A DNA stretch of 64,000 nucleotides from Nitrosopumilaceae archaeon (GTDB lineage Archaea; Thermoproteota; Nitrososphaeria; Nitrososphaerales; Nitrosopumilaceae). Shown one piece after another: positions 57,397 through 64,000 of this stretch (the first letter of the stretch is position 1; the number at the start of each line of letters is the position of its first letter). The notes beneath the pieces are model-generated. The model saw only the letters and a list, made by a program, of their open reading frames with translations. It was not told the DNA's origin and made no database searches. The stretch is taken from NCBI GenBank assembly GCA_965207375.1, contig OZ242274.1, positions 1,920,001-1,984,000 on the forward strand. The letters are read 5' to 3'. A program made the translations under genes and the position numbers.

Positions 57397-58272
57397 TTGG
57401 TAAAAATCGGCATAATTGGGATAGGTATGCTTGGAAATGCAGTGGCACAGCATTTGATTGAATCAGGACATCAGGTTTGCGTATACAACAGAACAAAGAG
57501 TAAAACACTACAGTTAGAGTCACAAGGTGCAAAAGTATGCAATACACCAAAAGAGATAGTAGAAAATTCAGAATTAGTAATCACCATAGTCAAAGATGCA
57601 GATGCAGTAAAACATGTTGCATTTGAATCAGACGGTATCATAAAAGGATCCCATCATGGATTGGTAGTAGCAGATATGAGTACAATTAATCCCATTCAGT
57701 CAAGGCAGATATCGCAAAAATTCAAGGATTCTGGAATTGTAATGCTTGATACACCGGTTATGGGCGGTCCCAATGTAGCAATATCAGGCGATTTGATAAT
57801 GATGGCATCTGGAGACGAGTCTGCCTTTAACAGGTTCAAGCAGGTCTTTGAAACAATTGCAAGCAAGGTGTTTTATTTGGGAAAAAATGGAACGGCCCAT
57901 TCAGTCAAGCTTGCAATGAATTTGCAAATTGCAATGTTGGCACTTGCATTATCAGAAGGAATTACTCTTGCAAGAGGAGCAAATATTGATCCCAAGATAT
58001 TTTTAAAAATTCTAAACTATACATATTTTAAAACAGGGATGAGTCAAAACAAGGCGTTTAAGATGATAAAGGATCAATTCAGTCCTACATTTACACTAGA
58101 AAACTTGAAAAAAGATTTGCATACGATTAATCAAACCTCAGAATCGTTTGGGATATCCCTGCCAATGGCCAAAGAAGCAGAAAAAATTTACAGTCAGGCA
58201 ATTAAAAATGGATTTGGAAATCTAGATTATACAGGAATTTTGGCACATATCAAACAGATTTCAAAATCATGA
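57397..58272 (+). CDS. beta-hydroxyacid dehydrogenase (3-hydroxyisobutyrate/6-phosphogluconate DH family)
   Basis: IGIIGIGMLG, YNRT, DMSTI, LDTPVMGG, VKLAMN, KDL. Confidence 0.92.
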   Translation: MVKIGIIGIGMLGNAVAQHLIESGHQVCVYNRTKSKTLQLESQGAKVCNTPKEIVENSELVITIVKDADAVKHVAFESDGIIKGSHHGLVVADMSTINPIQSRQISQKFKDSGIVMLDTPVMGGPNVAISGDLIMMASGDESAFNRFKQVFETIASKVFYLGKNGTAHSVKLAMNLQIAMLALALSEGITLARGANIDPKIFLKILNYTYFKTGMSQNKAFKMIKDQFSPTFTLENLKKDLHTINQTSESFGISLPMAKEAEKIYSQAIKNGFGNLDYTGILAHIKQISKS

Positions 58273-58465
58273 CGCATGCTTTTGGCGTTTTAGGTACAAA
58301 CGATATGTCACAGACGTAACTAGTATCAGTATTCCTGCAACGGCTGACCATACTGCAAACGGGGCAACATCGGCATATGTCATGTCGTATGGTGTATTTG
58401 GATAATACTAAAGTTTTGATTTTTTACAAATAAACATCTAAATAGATTTGATTGAAAGCAAAATT

Positions 58466-58672
58466 ATGCCAGAAATCATTTGTGAGGAGTGTGGAAAAAG
58501 ATTGTATCATGAAAATGAGACTACTTTGACAATTGAGAATACAATTCACAAGAAATTCTGTAGGAAAAAACCCGGCGATACACAAAGTTACATGCACAGG
58601 GATGCAGCACATCAGGATACGTTTGATTCTGAAAGGCAGGCAGACGCAGATGGAACACCTGTACTAAAGTAA
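58466..58672 (+). CDS. small Zn-finger-like protein
   Basis: ICEECGK...IHKKFC. Confidence 0.7.
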   Translation: MPEIICEECGKRLYHENETTLTIENTIHKKFCRKKPGDTQSYMHRDAAHQDTFDSERQADADGTPVLK

Positions 58673-58736
58673 ATTCTGCATCAAGACTCTTACAATATAT
58701 GTTGGTAAAATTCATAGTATTGCATTTTGGTGCTAC

Positions 58737-59090
58737 TCACTTACCTGTCGTTTTCTTGTTTTTATTCCCAATTTTCTTCTTTTCTGGCATCTTGCGTGAT
58801 GATACAATGTGTGTATTATCATAAAATTGGAGTCTCTTAGTAAGATCAGATGTAATAATTTTCAAATTGTGTATGTCGTTTTCAAATTCTTTTATTGTAT
58901 GATTTAGCTCTTTTTCTCTATTATCTTTTATCTCTATTATTTGGTTGAGTTTTAGATTCTTAGTTAGTTTGTCTTTGTAGAGTTTTTTGTAATCTGTCAA
59001 TGTATGGTTTGGCTATTTGACCTCATTTAGATCCTGTTGCCAAAAATTTGATCGTAAATAATCAAAATCTGGGCATGGCGTTAACGGTTA
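58737..59090 (-). mobile_element. 5' remnant of IS66-A
   Basis: MTDYKKLYK...SRKMPEKKK and upstream sequence match about 20920-21300; degenerate terminus. Confidence 0.88.
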
Positions 59091-59127
59091 TATCACATTA
59101 CGTTCACATAAAATTTTCAATAATAAT

Positions 59128-59397
59128 CTAATCTTTACCATAGATAGACTTGTGATCACAAATTCTGAGAAATTCTATCATATTGGAATTCCAATTAACA
59201 TTGTAGATTATTCTATGTTTTCTTCCAAGTTCATACACAAATATTCTCATATGTTGCTTGTATTTGTCAAGTCTAGCAGGATTTTCTGATGTTAGTATCT
59301 CAAGTATTGCATTCTCTGCAGTTTTTTGAATTGTCAAATCTAGATTTGCAAATTGTTTGATAAACTTGGGACGTCTATCTGGAATCCAAACACTTAC
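59128..59397 (-). CDS. RelE/ParE-like toxin; full-length start codon appears lost
   Basis: Open frame SVWIPDRRPKFIKQFANLD...YELGRKHRIIYNV...IEFLRICDHKSIY; the first usable start is TTG 59337. Confidence 0.7.
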   Translation of the reverse strand, partial: VSVWIPDRRPKFIKQFANLDLTIQKTAENAILEILTSENPARLDKYKQHMRIFVYELGRKHRIIYNVNWNSNMIEFLRICDHKSIYGKD

Positions 59398-59522
59398 GCT
59401 GATCGTAACTCTTCAAGAAATTCTTCAATAGAAGATGTCTTTCTGTCATTTGACTTGTAAAATTCCTCAATGTCCATTATTTCATCATAGGTCAAATCGT
59501 CGGTATGCTCTGTTTTTGACAT
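59394..59522 (-). CDS. 42-aa acidic putative antitoxin
   Basis: MSKTEHTDDLTYDEIMDIEEFY...SIEEFLEELRSA, directly upstream of the RelE-like frame. Confidence 0.7.
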   Translation of the reverse strand: MSKTEHTDDLTYDEIMDIEEFYKSNDRKTSSIEEFLEELRSA

Positions 59523-59694
59523 GTCTTAAATGTAACAACTCGTGTTGAAAAGAGTATTACTGATTTAGTTAGTGTTGTAACCCTGCCTAAATTCTATTTC
59601 AAACATACAAAATTACGCATGAAATCAGAGTTAGGACACTGACTAAATTTACCTTTACGTATAATTATATCTCAGAAGATTTCAATCAAGATAA

Positions 59695-60915
59695 TTGGAG
59701 AGACGCGAATTTGATCTAGTTGTAGTAGGAGGAGGCCCTGCGGGATCATCTGCTGCATACGCTGCATCAAAAAGAGGCATAAATACGGCACTGTTGGAAA
59801 AAGAAGAGTCTATTGCACACTCTGTGAGAACAAGCGGTGTCACATGGATTGAGGACATTGAAAACTTTGGAATTCCAGAGGATTGCTACAATCCCGTGAA
59901 AAATTTCGTATTTTATTCTCCCAATAATAAAGTAAGCATAAAAGATGACATTGCACGCTCTGCAGTGCTAGACGTAAGAAAAACATACCGGTGGTTGGCA
60001 GAGGAGGCAAAAAGACAAGGTGCTGAGATTTTTGTAAATACAAATGTAAAAGATGCAATAAAAAATGATTCAGGAGAAATAACTGGAGTTAAGGCAGTTG
60101 CAAAAGGAAAAAAGACGGAATTTTACGGTAAGATCATAATAGATGCAAGCGGATTTCAATCAACAATTGCAAAGTCTATGGGAAAGGTACAACAATGGAG
60201 GCGATTTGGGGCAGGTGCAGAATACGAGGCCAGGGTAGAACATGTCCAAGCAGACACATGGTGTCTCATGGTTGGACAAAAATACTCACCTGCAGGATAC
60301 GCATGGATATTTCCACTAGGAGACCACACCGCACGTATAGGTGTAGGTATAGGAAAGCCAGAATCTCCCGTAGACCCTGTACAACAATTAGACGAATTGA
60401 TCAAAAACAAAAAAGGTCCAATCAAGGATTTGGGAAGAATCGAGCCCATAGAGTTTCACTACGGATTAATACCAAATGACGGACCCATACGAAAAACAGT
60501 TTATGACAATTTGATTCTAGTTGGAGATTCAGCAGGCCAGGCAAACCCACTGGTACTAGAAGGAATTAGATACGCCATAAGGTTTGGACGCATGGCAGGG
60601 GAGGTTTGTGCAAAGGCAATAAAGGCAAATGACACCTCTGAGAAAACCCTATCAGAGTATGAACGAAACTGGAAAAAGGCCATAGAGTCAAAGATAAAAT
60701 CTGCAGCAAAGGTGCAAGACAGGTGGATTGGCCTCACAGATCAAGAGTGGGACAGGGAGCTGGACATCATCTGTGAGTTAAAACCTGAGGAATTTTTAGA
60801 TTTTATCAAGGCAGATTTTGGATTATCAAGCATGGCAAGGCTTGCAACAAACCATCCAAAATTACTAGTCAGGCAATTATTTGCAATTGTCAAAAACATG
60901 GGAAAAAAATCATAA
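59695..60915 (+). CDS. geranylgeranyl reductase-family flavoprotein
   Basis: DLVVVGGGPAGS, IDASG, PAGYAWIFP, LVGDSAGQANPLVLEGI. Confidence 0.9.
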   Translation: MERREFDLVVVGGGPAGSSAAYAASKRGINTALLEKEESIAHSVRTSGVTWIEDIENFGIPEDCYNPVKNFVFYSPNNKVSIKDDIARSAVLDVRKTYRWLAEEAKRQGAEIFVNTNVKDAIKNDSGEITGVKAVAKGKKTEFYGKIIIDASGFQSTIAKSMGKVQQWRRFGAGAEYEARVEHVQADTWCLMVGQKYSPAGYAWIFPLGDHTARIGVGIGKPESPVDPVQQLDELIKNKKGPIKDLGRIEPIEFHYGLIPNDGPIRKTVYDNLILVGDSAGQANPLVLEGIRYAIRFGRMAGEVCAKAIKANDTSEKTLSEYERNWKKAIESKIKSAAKVQDRWIGLTDQEWDRELDIICELKPEEFLDFIKADFGLSSMARLATNHPKLLVRQLFAIVKNMGKKS

Positions 60916-60938
60916 ACAGCTATTTTACAGGTACAGTA

Positions 60939-61163
60939 ATGATGAGTGAACCTCCAAAACCCGTATCAGGAGATGAAATATGCCCTGTTTGCAACAAGCC
61001 AAAAAGCCAGCACAGACCAGAGCAGATGCTGAATTGCTCAAAAAAACTCTTAGAGTAGGAAAATAAAAGATACTGTAGTGTGTGCGGATTGACACAGCCA
61101 GAAGAAGGAATTCACGACAGGTGTGGAAAATGTGGGGAAAAATATTCTTTTGTTAATGAGTGA
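60939..61163 (+). pseudogene. double zinc-finger microprotein with internal TAG (61056-61058)
   Basis: ...CPVC...H...C...LLE*ENKRYCSVC...CGKC... in a single frame. Confidence 0.65.
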
Positions 61164-61341
61164 AGGTATCTTTTTGAGGGTAAGTGCAATACCTCTCCAA
61201 GAAGGCATAGTCTGCAAAAAAATGCCGTACACATGTCTTAATCTCCCAGCCATGACAACTTAAGTCACTCAAGATTGACCCCGAGGTAATAGTTATTGAT
61301 CTTTTTATCTTAACTATTTTTTTTGACATACATGTTTAGTC

Positions 61342-61695
61342 ATGGTAGACCCGCTAGTACAACGACTCGAAAAAATACGCTCATTTTCTGAATCTGCCAA
61401 GAGACGTGCCAGTTTATACTCAGATATTACAAGAATAGAGGATAAAAACACGGCTAGATCTTTAGGCAGTGTACAAAGGGCATCTGCACCCGGAAAAAAA
61501 CTGCAAAAAATTGGATTTATCATGTTATGGGTGCCAGAGCCTACCATGGTAACTGCTGCCATCGGTGGACCCATGATTTTGGCAGGCAAATACATTGAAA
61601 AAAAATACAACGGCTCGACTATTGCAGATATAGGACAGGAAACAAAAAATACCATGACATCAATTAATGATTTTAAGAGCTCAATTCACTCTTAG
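61342..61695 (+). CDS. hypothetical protein
   Basis: Clean ORF with a PEP-containing hydrophobic hairpin. Confidence 0.7.
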   Translation: MVDPLVQRLEKIRSFSESAKRRASLYSDITRIEDKNTARSLGSVQRASAPGKKLQKIGFIMLWVPEPTMVTAAIGGPMILAGKYIEKKYNGSTIADIGQETKNTMTSINDFKSSIHS

Positions 61696-61724
61696 TTTTT
61701 ATTTTGCGACTGTGACATTATAGT

Positions 61725-62216
61725 ATGCCAACTAGAGTTCAGGTAATTGCCCCAATTGCAGTTGCTGCCTTTATCGTTGGTGTCGTCGGCTTGCTGTCAA
61801 TTCCAAGTGATGCAAAACTCGAATCCGTAGAATTTCCGCGCGGTACAATCAAAGTAGATGATCACGTTTTAGAGGTTCAAATTGCAGATAATGAGCCACG
61901 TAGATTGCGTGGATTAATGTTCCAGGAACAGCTGCCTTTAGATCAAGGCATGTTATTTGTATTTGATAAACCAGGCGTCTATTCTCTGTGGATGATTAAC
62001 ATGCAGTTTTCTCTAGATATGATTTGGTTTGACGAGTCAGGAAACGTAGTTCATATTGAAACTGATGTTCAACCGTGCCAAAGTGCAGTTGAGACTATGA
62101 CGTGTCCTAGTCAAATTCCTACTGCATTTGCAAGCTATGTGCTAGAGGTAACATCAGGATTTGTAGAACAGTTCAACATAGATGAAAATACAAAATTAGA
62201 AATCATCTCGATATGA
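61725..62216 (+). CDS. DUF192 protein
   Basis: VQIAD...RGLMF...GMLFVF...WMINMQFSLDMIW...YVLEV. Confidence 0.92.
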   Translation: MPTRVQVIAPIAVAAFIVGVVGLLSIPSDAKLESVEFPRGTIKVDDHVLEVQIADNEPRRLRGLMFQEQLPLDQGMLFVFDKPGVYSLWMINMQFSLDMIWFDESGNVVHIETDVQPCQSAVETMTCPSQIPTAFASYVLEVTSGFVEQFNIDENTKLEIISI

Positions 62217-62244
62217 TTTTGCAAAACCTTATCAATCCAAAGTT

Positions 62245-62883
62245 TTGTCTCGTATTGTGAATAGATACGGTATAATTTTTGCATCAGTTGGCGTTACAAT
62301 TGCTGCAATAGTTGCAGTGTATATTATTTCATATATGAATTCTGATTTTGACGCACAGGCACTAGATTTTGACTATACTATTAATTCTAAAATTGCCGAA
62401 AAACTAGAGGATAAAGGCATTTCAATGTCATTGGCTGTCAAAATATCTACCCCGTCTGGAATCAAAAAGTATTGTATGTTTTTTGAGGATGCAGTAAAAC
62501 AGGGCCAGATACAATACTGCACATCTACTGAGCTGTTGGATCAGGGAGACAATTTTGTCGGCAATATCCACATGATTGGAACAGTCCAATCCCCAAAGCT
62601 TGTAATTGTCGTCTTGGAAATCCCATTTGGAGAAACTGACAATGTAATTCCAATTTTTGATACCGTAATTGATGTCACCGTATGTGACTGTTGGGAACAG
62701 GAATCTCCCGGAGGCTTTGCAGATGTTTCTGATTGGATTAACGCATTAAACGAGTTTCATAGGCATGCAAATGTGGGAATTACCACCAAATCAAGCGTGA
62801 TTGCTTTGGAGGATGAGAAAATTCAGAGTGAATTAACCACAACGCATACCGGTAAACTTTGGAAATTGTTTGTGGCCAAATAA
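62245..62883 (+). CDS. membrane-anchored hypothetical protein
   Basis: N-terminal TM; YCTSTEL and VCDCWE Cys motifs. Confidence 0.75.
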   Translation: MSRIVNRYGIIFASVGVTIAAIVAVYIISYMNSDFDAQALDFDYTINSKIAEKLEDKGISMSLAVKISTPSGIKKYCMFFEDAVKQGQIQYCTSTELLDQGDNFVGNIHMIGTVQSPKLVIVVLEIPFGETDNVIPIFDTVIDVTVCDCWEQESPGGFADVSDWINALNEFHRHANVGITTKSSVIALEDEKIQSELTTTHTGKLWKLFVAK

Positions 62884-62913
62884 TTTAGATATCTAAAATA
62901 GATTGTAATTGGT

Positions 62914-63669
62914 ATGTTTGAGTATGTCTGGCTTGTCCCATTGGGTGTAGCAGCAGGGGTTTTAGGCTCGATGACAGGATTAGGCGGTGGAATAATCATA
63001 GTTCCGATACTGACGTTTTTTGGATTTGCCCCAACACAGGCAGCAAGCAACAGTCTGTTTGCCACATTTAGCAACGCTGCAGCCTCTACTGTCTCTTATT
63101 CCAAGCAAAAAAGAATCAACTATTCAGTTGGGCTAAAACTTGGATTATTAAGCATTCCAGGAACAATTCTGGGTGCCCTTATTTCTGCAGATGTAACTGC
63201 GGGAGTTTTTCAGTTATTGTTTAGTTTGGTGTTGATTGTATCTGGCATCTATATTTTCTTGCGAAAAAACATTGCAGGTAAGCAAAAAACTGCATCTGCT
63301 GCGATTTTGGTTTTGGTAATTGCATCTAGTTTTTTTGCAGGTATCATTTCTAGCTTCTTTGGAATAGGTGGAGGTATTGTCTTTGTACCTGTAATGGTAG
63401 TTGCAATGGCAATGTCTATGAAAAAAGCTGCGCCAACCTCTCAATTCGTATTGCTTTTTGCATCATTTTCTGGACTAGTTACACATTCTATATTGGGACA
63501 TCCAGACTTTCTTCAGGCATTGTATCTTGCAATTGGTGCATTTGCAGGAGGTATAATTGGGGCAAGGCTGTCAATAGAAATTAAAGAAAGATATCTTCAG
63601 GTTTTAATTTCGGTTGTACTATTTGTTGCTGCAGTTAAGATGATGTTTGACTCTTTTACGCTGTTTTAG
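62914..63669 (+). CDS. TauE/SafE (TSUP) family transporter
   Basis: GLGGGIIIVP and GIGGGIVFVP duplicated motifs; multiple TM helices. Confidence 0.92.
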   Translation: MFEYVWLVPLGVAAGVLGSMTGLGGGIIIVPILTFFGFAPTQAASNSLFATFSNAAASTVSYSKQKRINYSVGLKLGLLSIPGTILGALISADVTAGVFQLLFSLVLIVSGIYIFLRKNIAGKQKTASAAILVLVIASSFFAGIISSFFGIGGGIVFVPVMVVAMAMSMKKAAPTSQFVLLFASFSGLVTHSILGHPDFLQALYLAIGAFAGGIIGARLSIEIKERYLQVLISVVLFVAAVKMMFDSFTLF

Positions 63670-63780
63670 AGTCTAAAACATCCCACGTCAGATCCGCAGT
63701 ATTTATCAAGATGCAGATATAGTTGGCTTTTGTCATAAATACAGAAAGATTAAAGCAATGCCACAATTAGAAAAATTAGT

Positions 63781-64000
63781 TTGTCAGATAAAGAAGAAAT
63801 CATCAATATAGTTGAAGCATTTTTTGAGATAGGCAAAACAAAAGACCTCTCACCGCTGAGAACGATTCAATTAGATGATTCTAGATTTTCTAGTTTTAGC
63901 GACGTTCCGCCCCTTGATCTAAAAGATTTTAACACGACAATTGCATTAGAGGAGCTAAGATTTGTTAGCATTTCAGATTACAATTACAGCATTACAAATC
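63781..64000 (+). CDS. NTF2/SnoaL-like protein, runs off the window end
   Basis: Open frame from TTG 63781: MSDKEEIINIVEAFFEIGK...FSSFSDVPPLDLKD. Confidence 0.55.
   Translation, partial: MSDKEEIINIVEAFFEIGKTKDLSPLRTIQLDDSRFSSFSDVPPLDLKDFNTTIALEELRFVSISDYNYSITN

Noticed and set aside
3659-63444. Numerous short ORFs antisense to or nested in confident genes
   Set aside because: Shadow frames without recognisable motifs.

Overview
Archaeal DNA, most consistent with an ammonia-oxidising thaumarchaeote (Nitrosopumilaceae). Support: class I LysRS, archaeal Elp3, PurP, NreA with a PIP box, a PEFG-CTERM protein, GGR and MqnE-like genes. The IS load and one surface-protein motif suggest a host (sponge)-associated lineage, which is inference. 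The backbone carries aspS-gatCAB, purP, elp3-lysS, ferritin, tag, nreA, DsbA, TauE and many small Zn-finger proteins. An IS hot-spot (about 15.8-31.3 kb) resolves at base level into an intact IS630, a three-level nest (ISH3 > IS630 > IS66), a second IS66 lineage next to the same IS630 terminal repeat, and an intact SWIM-finger/IS6-like element with 65-bp TIRs and an 8-bp TSD. The most striking signal is a 101-bp CAG-ended MITE family. In two places MITE ends bracket cargo and a 5-bp target duplication flanks only the outer ends. One unit carries a putative antitoxin plus a truncated RelE. The other carries an atypical GAA-anticodon tRNA-like gene with a G3:U70 pair. Other candidates are a SNF2-SNF2-SWIM cluster, a His/Met-rich secreted protein, and a surface protein with a possible poly-C phase switch. 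All calls were made by eye; no searches were run.
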